Shown: piece by piece, positions 37,801 through 47,415 of the stretch
Numbering within the stretch: position 1 is the first letter of the stretch
Layout of the letters: each line of letters begins with the position of its first letter
Source of the DNA: a virus
Length of the DNA: 64,000 nt
Virus record (IMG/VR): IMGVR_UViG_3300005731_000013
Coordinates: 64,001 to 128,000 of that record
Direction: 5' to 3' (one strand)
Notes under the pieces: model-generated
Told to the model about the DNA's origin: nothing
Database searches by the model: none
What the model saw: the letters and a program-made list of their open reading frames with translations, nothing else
Program-made: the position numbers and the translations under genes

Positions 37801-40800
37801 TTGCTGATTATGCATTGATCCCAAATTGGTCTGAAACAACAGCGTATATTCAAGGTGAACAAGTAAGACGATACGGCAAAGTATATAGCTTGTTGATAAA
37901 TTCAACAGGTATTACAAATGTCAATGATGACATCACGATACGTGGAACACAAGTATATCCAACTGTTGAAAATGATACTACATTTATCGCAAATGATATC
38001 ACTGTAACATTTGCAAAAACAAATGCAAGCACATCTTATGACACTATCACAATTGATGGAACCATATCCAATCCTGTAGTGCCTTCTGGACAAACGTTGA
38101 CTATTGATGGAGTGAATATCAACTTCATCAATACTGAAACATCTGTGATTTATGATGATATTGAATTAGTAGGCAATGTTTCATTTCCAACTATACAAAA
38201 CAATGTTACTGAACAATTAGTGATTGGTTATGCAAATGATGCAGACTCAGCATTGACTACTGTGACTGTTGACTTTAATGAATTAGCTACTACTGAATCA
38301 ATGCAAACCATATGGGCAGACGCGTTGGATATCGCATCTGTTACAGATGCCATCGGTATGGCAACAACCCATCTAAATGCATTAGAAACATTACGAGCAG
38401 CATATGTTGCAGCTACTAATGTTGCGACATGGGAAGCAACATTAGACAATTACTATGACTTCAGTGGCACACCAAATAGATTATTAAATCCAGAATTTTG
38501 GGGTGAAGAAGTAAATGCAAACCTAGGCGCAAGTTGGGAGGCGGCAGCTCGCAATTTAATCCAATCTGAAATAGATTTAATTGCAGACTTATCTGGCAAT
38601 GCCGCAACTGAAACAATTGCATCAATTGTAAGTGGCACATTGAATGATGCAGCACAATTCAATTTAGATTTGGATGCTGCAAATACATTATTAGATTATG
38701 ACATCGCTGTCAATGAAAAAAATAAAAATCTATTAGATTTTGTATTATATATATTGCCAAATGGTGACGAAACAATCGCATTAGGCAAACAAATTACTGT
38801 AACTTATCCTAGCGGATATGTAATTGATGATATTGATTCAATTATTACTAAAATTGAAAATGCGCTGTCAACAGCATCAGCACCAGTTGATATCACAGTA
38901 ACTAATGTAAATGATACAGTGGTATTGAGCAGAATTTCACCGAGTGAAGGTTATAGACTAGGCGTTGCAACTAATGACGATCTAGGATTTGATGCAACTC
39001 ATAATGATGTGACTGCCTCAGGAACAACAAACACTGGACCAGTAGATCTAGAATTGACGGATATTGTTGAAAGTATCAACAATGCAAATATTGCAGGTGT
39101 TTCAGCACAATCAGCTAACAATGTTGTTCGCATATTGAGTGTGAATCAAATTTTGACAATCGATCAATCAACTGCATTGACAAATTTAGGTATCAATGCA
39201 GGTGTTACGAATGCAACACCTAATGTCACAGACGTTCCTGTTGATCTATCAATTGGCGATGTAATAACACAAATCAATGCAAGCGGAATAACTGATCTGG
39301 TTGCATCACAAATAAATGGAGTATTGATTCTAACTTACACTGGTGATGAATTAATTATTGGTGAGGGAACAGCAAATACAACATTGGGGATTACATCAGG
39401 AACATATGAATCATTTGTTGATGATGTTCAAAATGAATTTAATGAAGACGATTGGACTCAAATCACAGATCCAGCTCATTTCAATATATGGACAATTGAT
39501 AATGATAGCACTTATCAAGATTCTATAGATAACAATAATAGTTATGATGTGTATCAGACATTAGATTTTGAAATTGGTGTTACGGAAATATGTGCAGGTG
39601 AAGAAAATGGTGATGATGCCTTAATTAAAACTGATAATGAACATACATTAGGGATAGGCGACTATGTGTTGATAGTCAATTCAACATGTGTGCCGTCAGT
39701 TGATGGAATCCATCAAGTTACAAGTGTAATGGATACTACTAAGTTCTTTATTGATCGATATATTGATCAAAAAGGATACACTGGTAAAGTTATTCCTATT
39801 CGTTCAGTCAGATTTCCAGATTCAGCACAGGCGGCCGCAGCTATTGAAGGTAGCTTATATTCAAATGGAGCGCTAGGCATCAGTAATGATGATTACGTAT
39901 ATGTTGATCTTGTATTAGATGACGATGGCAATTCATTAGGATATGGCGGAACATACAAAGTTGCAAGCACAGAAAATGGATCTGGTATAGAACTATACCG
40001 TGCTGAAGTAGGCAAGACAAATAATACTAAAATTAAGAATGGTAAATTGTATAGTTATGAAAGTGGTGACATCATTTCAACTTATGAAGTATTTGATCCA
40101 CTCAAAGGAATCATTCCTGGGATTGCAGATTATGAAATTGATTTCCGTAGTGAATATGATAATGCAAAATATAATAACTCAACTGATGCAGATGTTGAAT
40201 TGCGTCTAGATAATGTATGGGGTCCTGCACAAGTTGGAAAAGTTTGGTGGGATCTATCAAATGCAATATATCTTAATTATGATCAACATACGCCAGAATA
40301 TCGCCAATTGCATTGGGGCAGTATGTTCCCTACAGCCACAATTGATGTTTATGAATGGACTAAGAGTCCTGTAACACCTGATGAATATCTGTCAGCAGTT
40401 GAAGCAGGAACAATAATTGATGGAATAGAATTGACAGGAACACCATATAGTATGGTCGACCAGTATGGCGAAGAACAGTTTAATTGGTCAGAAGATATTG
40501 AGTTGAATGTGAATACTAATCAATTAGAAACATATTATTATTTCTGGGTCAGCAATAAAACAACAACACCTACAATGGATAGATTGTATTCTGTCACCCA
40601 GATTGCACAAATAATTGAAGATCCAACAGCACATAATGTATCTTGGATGGCTGCAACCAGTGAAAATACATTGTTGGTGACTGATTTGACTCAAAATTCT
40701 GGTTATGATGATTTGATTATGCAAGTAAATTTTGATACACACAAATCTGCATATCACCAAGAATTTTTGATGCTGGCTGAAAATGACCCAGACTTATATA

Positions 40801-42617
40801 TTCCAGAATGGCTACATATTAGTTTGCGCGACAGTTTGGCAGGGTTTACCCAAACTGTAGGAAATTACCAATTTACCAATTGGGAAAATGATGTCGAATA
40901 TACATTCGAATCAATTGTAAAAAGTGATTTGGGCAAATTCTTCAGATGTCATGCAGAACATATTGCGCAAAATCCAGATGATGATGCAGATAATGATTAT
41001 TGGACATTACTTGATTATATAACTGAAAATCCTGATGGTGACTGGGATGGAGGCGACGTAGTTTCGATTGATGAGTCTAAAAATATTCCTGATCGTTCAT
41101 TGCATGAATATGCACGATATGGCATTGACACTAGACCGCATCAAACATGGTTTGTTGATATCTCAGAGGCGCGACATGTTGCATTGACTAAATTAAATGA
41201 TCAATTATCTGAAATCAACATTGTTGACAGTAATATTCCTTGGCAAGATGTATTTGAAAATACTATCGTCAAAGGCGAGATAGAATATAATCTGACAGAT
41301 TATTGGCAATTCATCGATTGGTCATATGATGGAAATGTATATGAACGTGGAATCGGAGATTATTTTGTTGATACTGAATCTGAAATGAATTTACTATCAC
41401 CAAATGATGGTGAAATTGTTCAAGTATGCTTTAGTAATGATATCGACTCAAGAAATCGCAGACAAGTATTCAAATTTGTAGATGATGAATGGTTGTTGAT
41501 TTATAAAGAAAAAGCTACGTTAGAATTTAATGATTTACTTTGGAATAATGACATTGCATTGAGTGGATGGGATGTTGTTCCTTGGGATACAAATGTATGG
41601 GATAAAAATGCAAGTGCAGTGATGACTGAATTATTTGATGTATTTTACAATGACATTTGGGTAGGCGATTACCAATCATTATATGCTGATTTATGGTTTG
41701 TAATGGTCAAACATGTATTCACAGAGCATAGAGAAGTTGATTGGATTTTCAAAACTAGTTATTTCGATGTCACAACAGAGGATGATTTAGAAAAACAATA
41801 TAACAAATATTTCAATCAAAATGTAGATGAATTATTTGATTATATTAATACAGTAAAACCATTCAGAAGTAAAGTAAAAGATGTAACACTGCGAAAAACG
41901 ACTGATGATGAATTTGAAATGAGTGGATTAGACGGAGTTGAAATTCGAGTTCAAGTCAATCCTGTTGACTCAACTATTGATGAAACTGACACTCGTAGTT
42001 TTAGATTGAATGTGTCAAAAACAAATGACAGTTATTCAAGTCAAATTATCAATGCGCATAAAATGTTGCTTGCAACAAACTTAGGTCCTGATGATACTCG
42101 TATTCCATTTTTAAATTGGGGTGCTGCAACTACCATGCCAGATGGACCTGGTGCTTTTTGGATAAATGGTGAACGAATCGAATATACTGCGGTTACCCAT
42201 ATTGGCGGCGGCAACCTAGGTGGTGGGTTCAGCAGCGGCTTCAACAGTGGCTTTAGTGGCATTACATTATTAACAGGAATAACTCGTGGCACACAAGGAA
42301 CATTTGCTAGATCACACAAATATGCAGATGTTATCGAGGCGTCTACTGGTTTTGAATTAATTGAGAATACAACGTTAAGTGATTGGAATTCAGACATTCA
42401 ACCTGCATGGAATGATCTCGGAGCAGGGATGTTGGATGGCGGAAATACAGATGCAAATGGTATCACTATTCAAGGAAACGGCTTCGGCACCATAGATTTA
42501 TATGGCGATATTCTGTATGCACAATGGGTTGTATTAGGTGAGCCAGCAGATGCAATTGATGATTTCCAATCAGAATTAGAAGAATTAATTGAAGAGTATT
42601 GGGTATTACATTCTTAG
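31896..42617 (+). CDS. Giant baseplate wedge/structural protein (gp7-like position), 3573 aa
   Basis: Single uninterrupted acidic ORF after gp6; late YINTVKPFRSK and ITRGTQGT motifs. Confidence 0.7.
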   Translation: MANKYIANPTTVVNSTQTAETTNSQEIQDYSVFLPNVNRSESLTRFFGATVNQLLSSGSTQSIDAYWGRLSGKNYNPESELFNPEMDATRLNYQFQPGITSKVGTDTHQTVSYINWLKRLESLGTDLTNHDRLFSEDGYVLDLPVNADMMINYSNYYWLEGDIPLVQIEATVADPIDIDSIVAQSTYTTPILENHKSIEFVSGIRVQFIGSNITSTSGDYFADYTYYVENVGRQGGIKLVPITDNNGVNLFPTVTPYSIAIPEGWDTVDWDSTPWSGTADFEEYDIATNATRDDLNLNKSYIVMERWATDMNPWARSNKWFSLYALQAATEFNELDIEAYQNVRTRADRPIIEFNANMELFNTCSNYVETVDYVISLSQVTVLLSGVSEFFIDDEHALQDGDIVLVAKEDENGIEITDPLSGSYSPSFSSAFNLGVQTTFYENSYIVSGTGGTMTLIPHNTYNDDEFVVIDKGVFKGQVYGFKDDEWGISQVKNTRGQAPLFNLYNQEQTLLTDFDDNDFSGDKIFGYKTNGASGYDRELDIHPIYTNQGTFNDYQFEWTLSNQRYNQNIINDTSEEIRGYYFWKDRENNKFYNGWSNIDQRVPVIQTKIADGVNQPVFELGTDKVSRSQEYSVTFENDEYRWYEHSYIARTPIGSPNPSFVWKYDTDYTINTVISNSSNSLEFVDPFGNSTNIATTIINDVLTTVNVNSSYEYNKIIYRNQNDATVFGEIFLSNYNHNRYIVQHNGQYLIEDEDYTFAGTTLTITKTLFENDVIELSYVADVDLENVVYDVAPVHFYNSDNNPFTEIGYDDLISHLGEQMNNMPGFNGKVSGTNNYYNIYRPHSYGGKIRQQIFGTKKIQYLMDQETINPVRALKTFASDYTSFKTYFKNKVYQLWTTESWTSVKDLVDRAINDINIGKSDDFKYAHSDMAYTKQPRTNVAAITDATTTFALPAVINKYGDSQNHVQVWLKEYDGVSSYVERPLVKGIDYNIVDDNVELANAVNLNGSSDPATLTIRWYDYQQLSHIPFSSVKLGFFRPTQVEILDGILIGHDGARHEASGTEFNDMNSSSFDVVTSALYDFELRVFNNLVDKHSIQDDMYNYDMGELFPNPTDEFAYSLADLNIHLDDWFNRWAVNNNITDLNTVAYDAGDEFTWNYKSVSPFIGSWRALYVYMFGTYRPDTHPWEMLGHKVKPLWWDATYSWDAGAERDALLTALKFGIVGNSSTPDVIDIRYARHNYDWDNDILVTTDGVLNGPVTANVVASPDAIDASKKFVFGDWGEVENQWRNTSEYYYALAEAYLQLSPYSTHELYWTLHDWNINTNVTEAQWVNTNYCQRRSSSEIHNQVITDGVISSIKVVNGGTDYTSLELAFDQDAVCYKNASAIAYLDNGNVTNVAVTEPGRGFDNAPNVTLTANEEGDGVVLEYNIDMQYHVTHLGFNTLPAEQYIDISSDTTALSELLEELSINYMLHVGGFTDQRILSIELDGDYADGVINVPEDSYSILLDRGAPTTSVFYSGVKIDKVEGKGYVVNGYNLDSKYFNYLTPSTAGTQTKIEIDNVSVIKHKKWRNEITRVQYGTSFHKRQDLYSFLLGLAQYYELIGFDVVTQWEIDALDVMRWAIDSTQTEPYYVNGIDESLVYAQGSTGVVQTIDVNYHGVANVIDNTFAKIKQADLLVLRNDTDTEVTLKDSSNRIYGIGLNVIEYEHIISIDNVSMFNDIFYIPEIGAGHNRVRLVGEKTRNWNGRIEAPGYLVQDTGLILNIESSVREFEHDWISSESKALERLTRQTIGFNVGYSKPTYMTDMFIGDKSAYKFEQGERKYRGTESAIEAMTRNKNIFGVEFEHNLYESWMVRLGDYGDVSERNPLQFEIDNNKIKTNPQHIRFNAAFTSDKSNDLIIDLHKGSDNAISGDFDTPFELYDVLPKDNTSIVANEPFQNFTRDAGLPIVDEIDYFLSSIDDISTIYDPIADYALIPNWSETTAYIQGEQVRRYGKVYSLLINSTGITNVNDDITIRGTQVYPTVENDTTFIANDITVTFAKTNASTSYDTITIDGTISNPVVPSGQTLTIDGVNINFINTETSVIYDDIELVGNVSFPTIQNNVTEQLVIGYANDADSALTTVTVDFNELATTESMQTIWADALDIASVTDAIGMATTHLNALETLRAAYVAATNVATWEATLDNYYDFSGTPNRLLNPEFWGEEVNANLGASWEAAARNLIQSEIDLIADLSGNAATETIASIVSGTLNDAAQFNLDLDAANTLLDYDIAVNEKNKNLLDFVLYILPNGDETIALGKQITVTYPSGYVIDDIDSIITKIENALSTASAPVDITVTNVNDTVVLSRISPSEGYRLGVATNDDLGFDATHNDVTASGTTNTGPVDLELTDIVESINNANIAGVSAQSANNVVRILSVNQILTIDQSTALTNLGINAGVTNATPNVTDVPVDLSIGDVITQINASGITDLVASQINGVLILTYTGDELIIGEGTANTTLGITSGTYESFVDDVQNEFNEDDWTQITDPAHFNIWTIDNDSTYQDSIDNNNSYDVYQTLDFEIGVTEICAGEENGDDALIKTDNEHTLGIGDYVLIVNSTCVPSVDGIHQVTSVMDTTKFFIDRYIDQKGYTGKVIPIRSVRFPDSAQAAAAIEGSLYSNGALGISNDDYVYVDLVLDDDGNSLGYGGTYKVASTENGSGIELYRAEVGKTNNTKIKNGKLYSYESGDIISTYEVFDPLKGIIPGIADYEIDFRSEYDNAKYNNSTDADVELRLDNVWGPAQVGKVWWDLSNAIYLNYDQHTPEYRQLHWGSMFPTATIDVYEWTKSPVTPDEYLSAVEAGTIIDGIELTGTPYSMVDQYGEEQFNWSEDIELNVNTNQLETYYYFWVSNKTTTPTMDRLYSVTQIAQIIEDPTAHNVSWMAATSENTLLVTDLTQNSGYDDLIMQVNFDTHKSAYHQEFLMLAENDPDLYIPEWLHISLRDSLAGFTQTVGNYQFTNWENDVEYTFESIVKSDLGKFFRCHAEHIAQNPDDDADNDYWTLLDYITENPDGDWDGGDVVSIDESKNIPDRSLHEYARYGIDTRPHQTWFVDISEARHVALTKLNDQLSEINIVDSNIPWQDVFENTIVKGEIEYNLTDYWQFIDWSYDGNVYERGIGDYFVDTESEMNLLSPNDGEIVQVCFSNDIDSRNRRQVFKFVDDEWLLIYKEKATLEFNDLLWNNDIALSGWDVVPWDTNVWDKNASAVMTELFDVFYNDIWVGDYQSLYADLWFVMVKHVFTEHREVDWIFKTSYFDVTTEDDLEKQYNKYFNQNVDELFDYINTVKPFRSKVKDVTLRKTTDDEFEMSGLDGVEIRVQVNPVDSTIDETDTRSFRLNVSKTNDSYSSQIINAHKMLLATNLGPDDTRIPFLNWGAATTMPDGPGAFWINGERIEYTAVTHIGGGNLGGGFSSGFNSGFSGITLLTGITRGTQGTFARSHKYADVIEASTGFELIENTTLSDWNSDIQPAWNDLGAGMLDGGNTDANGITIQGNGFGTIDLYGDILYAQWVVLGEPADAIDDFQSELEELIEEYWVLHS

Positions 42618-42628
42618 TGATATAAACT

Positions 42629-42636
42629 GATAAATA
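42629..42636 (+). promoter_or_regulatory. Late promoter (GATAAATA)
   Basis: About 20 nt before ATG 42658, followed by AAGGA. Confidence 0.65.
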
Positions 42637-42657
42637 TTATAAAGTTAAGGAATAGAT

Positions 42658-45600
42658 ATGACTGTAAACACAATAGTTGAATTGAATGCATTATTAGATA
42701 AAGTCGATCAAGACGCACAAGTTTTAGCCGCAATTACTAATGATGATGCAGACAGTACAGATAACGGCCCTGCCCCAGGTTATGTTACAACTCGCCTAGG
42801 AAGTAATGTTAAAAATATCCAAAAGGTAATCGCGGATGTTGAAGCTGATTTGGTCGAAGGACTTCAACCAAGCGTTAAGAAAGATGGTGCTACGATTGTT
42901 GAATCAGCAGCATCTTTCAATTATCAAGGCGGAAATATAACCGTAGAAAACGTCGATGGCGAAGCTACAATAACAGTGTTAACACGCTATCATGATTTGG
43001 AAACAATGCTTCTTAGTGAAGAAGGATCACGTGGTGTAGGAACAATTTGGGAAGCTGGCGCATTCATGTATGAAGAGGTGTCAGCCAATCCGCACCATAC
43101 GACTGCCGCTGGCATAATGCTACAAGAGTTGGGACCAAACTTTACTTCTCGTGACAGAATTATTGATGCACTTGATCGAGGAGTAACTTGGTCAAATGGC
43201 ACACTTATTTCAGCTGATGGGTTCCTATATAAAGCTGTCGATTCTGCAGATGATATTCCTGACATGCCAGGATTGGTTCCTGTAGGAACTGAACTTTCTC
43301 CTAGACAATTCGGTGGATATTATAATGGTGTAGATAATGATAGCACCGCAGTAAGATTATGTTATTTTTATGCAAATACTCATCAAATACCAGTAACCTT
43401 TGCAGGTATTGAAAAATGTGCATTGTGGGCTGATGGTCAAATAATTATCAATGTAGATACACATGGGCACGGTTGTCAATTGGTTGCAATTAATGGTATT
43501 AATACGCCACCTACATTTAGTTCAATTAATGTGATGTTCAAGATTGAAGATGAAAATACACCTGTTGTCTCAGGTGTAGTGGATACTCCATTAGTAGATG
43601 GCAACTTGGTTGCTGATTTAACAGCTGGATCAACTCGCCCGACAGCAGATTTCCTAAGACACACAGGGTATGCATATATTCAAGGGTCTGGTGGAACTGG
43701 TCCTGAAATTGCCGACAGATATAAAGAAACAACATGGTCATATCGACAATCATTTGCAGTACAACCAAATGGCAGAACAATGCAACCATTGAGTTTGGAC
43801 TTGACTACAGAATCAGAATTCTTTTATGAATATCGATTAATGTCAGCTCGTGGCCGTGTACATGTACAAGGATTTACAGCAGAAACTGAATCATTCAATA
43901 ACCAAACATTGTTTGGTATTTACAGAAATGGTGTTACATTATCTGATATGCAATTTACACAAGTTGACGGTTCTCAAGATCCTGACTCTACAAATAAAAT
44001 TATTCATGTAGAACGTGCTGCATATATTCATATTGATCGTATTACAGCACAAGCCCAACCAGATGGTGATAACCAAGGCGGAACATATCTTATCAATATG
44101 TCACAATTTGCTGAAGTATATATTACTGGTGTAAATGCTATTGAAGGATGGGGTTGCATGGGAACAAACCATGGTAATGGTCTATATATTTCGGATTCTA
44201 ATATCAATAGAATGGATGCACACAACGGCGGACATAATTATTATATTACTGACTCAACATTTTATAATCGTGGTGCTCATTTAGGCTGGGGCGGCGGTGT
44301 TTGGAGCGTTACAAACTGTCACCTAATCAATACATCTGCCGTGGTTGGCCGCCCTGATTATGGTAACTATTTCTTTGGAACAATCAGAGTGACAGATTGT
44401 ACAATTTCTGATGTGTCATTTACTACAACAATTGTGGCATTGGATTCACCAGGCGCAGGAACAAATGTATTGTCATATCCTGTTGCACATTCGATCGTTA
44501 TTGAAAACATAACACGAACAGATAATGATGGCAACGGCAATAATCGTGCAATCATACCACTATCATTGACTGTCAATACAGATGCAGGCATCTTGGCGCC
44601 TATTGCACCAAGTAACATTAAAATTTCTAATATCACATGTTCAGGAAATTGGCGTCTAATATTGCCAATTGATTATCAAAATATGTTGTTGCCACCTGAT
44701 ACTGACTTTTGTTCATTAACACTTTCAAATGTCAAACCTACTCGGGTTAATACAACTGGATTAGGTGTGAATATCCCAGCAAATACTATTGCTGGTGCTG
44801 GTGATTATAAAGTTGATTTTCATGCAGAAAATTGTACTAAATTGTCAATAAATGCAGCCGAACATGCAAAAATGGATTTTTATCTTAGAAACTGTGATTT
44901 GAACAGAGTTTCTGTTGCTGATGGTGCCGTTGTTGAGATTGATGGCGGACTATTAACTGATATGGATCTTCAAGATGCAGAAACACATGTTCCAGTAGGT
45001 GCGGCACGAATTGGATCAGGCTATACAACTATACGGAATGTTAAAGTGCAAGGTGAAGATGCTTCATCAGGTTGGGATCTGTCAAATGTTGAAACTATGA
45101 TTGGTGTTGATATTCCTGATAATTCAGAAAATGAAGGTAACATGTTGCCTACAGGATGTTTGAAAGCTCATGCATATTATGGTTGGCGCCGAGATGATCC
45201 AAGTGGTGAAATTACTCCAGATTTTTGGGGCAAAAATACTAATCCAGGTGTAACTGACATGACAGAGGCAATTGAAGATGCGATTGTATATGCGTCAGAT
45301 AATAATATTACATTGAAATTTAAATCAATTTATGGATTTACAAATATATCACCTACTGTTTGGGGCGATGGGGTTTACTTAGATTTCGATAGTGGTGCTA
45401 AATTACAACAGCTATCAACTCGCGATCCTGATACTCCTGCATTGCAACTAAACGGATTACATGTTGCATCAGGTCGATCATTGACTGCATCAGCATACAG
45501 TGGTGATATGACTGTATCTGTTGATAACGCAGCAAATTTTGAAGAAGGCCGCCTGGTATTTTTGCGTTCCAATCGTCTATTAGAAGGAGATCATAGATTT

Positions 45601-47358
45601 ATTCCAGCTAATGCAATTGGTCAATTATGTAAAGTTGCTTCTGTATCTGGAAATGATGTAACCTTCGTTGATCCATTGATTTGGGATATGATAATAGGAA
45701 CTGTGACCAGTGGAACAGCACAAGCGGCAACAAGTGATAATATTACATTAGATGCAGCAACAACAGCTACCACTAATGACATTAAAAACTTATTTGTAAC
45801 CATTTTGAGTGGAACTGGGGCAGGACAATCTAGATATATTGTTGATTATGACGAGACAACTAAAATTGCTGATATTGGCACAAGTTATGGAGATTTCCCA
45901 CAAGATCCTTGGGATGTTATACCAGATGCCACTTCAGTTTATGAAATTGTTGAAGATGTAACTGTTGATTGTTATGCACCATATAAATTTAAAGGTAACA
46001 TTAAATTAGAAGGATATCCTGAAAATAACGTCAATGTTGCGGGTGTTAACATTAGTTATGCAGATACTCCAATTCTAGATAATGCACATATTGATGGTTG
46101 CAGTAATTATTCATTATATACTAGATTCTCATATTTGCCAGTTGTTCGAAATTGTCAATTTAAACGTGCAAACTATGCATATAATAATGGATCAGGCCTA
46201 GGATATGGTCATAGTGATTATGGGTCATATAAAGCTTTGGTTGAAAATTGTATTGCTATTGGATGTAGAACAGGTTTTGACGCAACAAGTGCATCATATG
46301 GTATGACACGCAGAAATAATACAACAATTGGCGGTGGCCCAACATATGATGGCGGGTTCTTTTATCCTGATGTATCATCTGGTTATGAACCGAACAGTGG
46401 GTTCTCATCACATTGTGGTGCAATTGATTTGTATGATACAGGTAATGATTCACATAATGTGTTCCAATCTAAAATCAGAGGTATCCATACAATTGATAAT
46501 TGTAGAATTTCAGGATTTTCATATAGAGGATATTTGGTATTCTTTTCACCAAAAGCAATTATTATGAATTCAACATATACTGACAGTTATACTTATACCC
46601 CTATTGTCACAGATTCAGTATTTGATCCTGGTGATGATGGTATTATGTTTACAGAATCATATCCATCTACCCCACAGGAATTTATACATGTTCAACAATC
46701 AGATATGCCTGACAACGCATCATTGGTGGTAAGAAACAATGTAGTAAGTGCAGTCCAAGCTGACTTTATTCGTCTTGGCGATCTTTCAACCACTTCAAAT
46801 TTATCTTTGGAAGTTACAAATAATCATGTAACTATTGTTAAAGGATCTGGATCAGGCGATCAAAGTTTGATAGATGCTAACGACGCGTTTTCATTAGGTG
46901 CATTGATAGCACACAATAATGTTATCAATTGGGGTGGTGATGCAGCAGGTTCTGTTGCATATGATAATTTGTCGCCATTGCCATTTATTAACACTTATTT
47001 AGAGCCATCAGATATGGTAATGGTGTTAGGTGAAGGTATGTATGCTGTTAGACTTGCAACCTCAAAACGAGCAAATATTTCGTATGGTAACAATAGACAA
47101 GGCTTCTTTTGTACAGCGTATCAAGCTGACGATCTCGCCAGTCATCATTGGTATGGTTTGGTTGATTCTACCGCAGGTGTAGTTAATGAAATATCAACAA
47201 CAGGCTCAGTGTTTCATCCTGCTGATACTGCATTGTCAGCTGGATCAACAACATCAGGCATGTTAAATTTATCTATTAGATCAAATGGCACATTGCAAGT
47301 TTATAATAAAACAGGTGCAACACAAACATTTATTGTCGAATTAGGTAATAGAATATAA
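42658..47358 (+). CDS. Tail spike/fibre with two predicted parallel beta-helix (depolymerase-like) modules
   Basis: Two beta-helix cap motifs (PRQFGGYYNGVDNDSTAV; TPDFWG..GVTDMTEAIEDAI), each followed by Asn/Ile/Cys ladder repeats. Confidence 0.72.
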   Translation: MTVNTIVELNALLDKVDQDAQVLAAITNDDADSTDNGPAPGYVTTRLGSNVKNIQKVIADVEADLVEGLQPSVKKDGATIVESAASFNYQGGNITVENVDGEATITVLTRYHDLETMLLSEEGSRGVGTIWEAGAFMYEEVSANPHHTTAAGIMLQELGPNFTSRDRIIDALDRGVTWSNGTLISADGFLYKAVDSADDIPDMPGLVPVGTELSPRQFGGYYNGVDNDSTAVRLCYFYANTHQIPVTFAGIEKCALWADGQIIINVDTHGHGCQLVAINGINTPPTFSSINVMFKIEDENTPVVSGVVDTPLVDGNLVADLTAGSTRPTADFLRHTGYAYIQGSGGTGPEIADRYKETTWSYRQSFAVQPNGRTMQPLSLDLTTESEFFYEYRLMSARGRVHVQGFTAETESFNNQTLFGIYRNGVTLSDMQFTQVDGSQDPDSTNKIIHVERAAYIHIDRITAQAQPDGDNQGGTYLINMSQFAEVYITGVNAIEGWGCMGTNHGNGLYISDSNINRMDAHNGGHNYYITDSTFYNRGAHLGWGGGVWSVTNCHLINTSAVVGRPDYGNYFFGTIRVTDCTISDVSFTTTIVALDSPGAGTNVLSYPVAHSIVIENITRTDNDGNGNNRAIIPLSLTVNTDAGILAPIAPSNIKISNITCSGNWRLILPIDYQNMLLPPDTDFCSLTLSNVKPTRVNTTGLGVNIPANTIAGAGDYKVDFHAENCTKLSINAAEHAKMDFYLRNCDLNRVSVADGAVVEIDGGLLTDMDLQDAETHVPVGAARIGSGYTTIRNVKVQGEDASSGWDLSNVETMIGVDIPDNSENEGNMLPTGCLKAHAYYGWRRDDPSGEITPDFWGKNTNPGVTDMTEAIEDAIVYASDNNITLKFKSIYGFTNISPTVWGDGVYLDFDSGAKLQQLSTRDPDTPALQLNGLHVASGRSLTASAYSGDMTVSVDNAANFEEGRLVFLRSNRLLEGDHRFIPANAIGQLCKVASVSGNDVTFVDPLIWDMIIGTVTSGTAQAATSDNITLDAATTATTNDIKNLFVTILSGTGAGQSRYIVDYDETTKIADIGTSYGDFPQDPWDVIPDATSVYEIVEDVTVDCYAPYKFKGNIKLEGYPENNVNVAGVNISYADTPILDNAHIDGCSNYSLYTRFSYLPVVRNCQFKRANYAYNNGSGLGYGHSDYGSYKALVENCIAIGCRTGFDATSASYGMTRRNNTTIGGGPTYDGGFFYPDVSSGYEPNSGFSSHCGAIDLYDTGNDSHNVFQSKIRGIHTIDNCRISGFSYRGYLVFFSPKAIIMNSTYTDSYTYTPIVTDSVFDPGDDGIMFTESYPSTPQEFIHVQQSDMPDNASLVVRNNVVSAVQADFIRLGDLSTTSNLSLEVTNNHVTIVKGSGSGDQSLIDANDAFSLGALIAHNNVINWGGDAAGSVAYDNLSPLPFINTYLEPSDMVMVLGEGMYAVRLATSKRANISYGNNRQGFFCTAYQADDLASHHWYGLVDSTAGVVNEISTTGSVFHPADTALSAGSTTSGMLNLSIRSNGTLQVYNKTGATQTFIVELGNRI

Positions 47359-47361
47359 TTT

Positions 47362-47398
47362 AAATAGATATACTAACTAAATAATAGTATATCTATTT
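47362..47398. promoter_or_regulatory. 14-bp inverted repeat with a TAAATA late-promoter core in its loop
   Basis: aaatagatatacta-actaaataa-tagtatatctattt. Confidence 0.6.
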
Positions 47399-47415
47399 GA
47401 TACAAAGGAATAATA

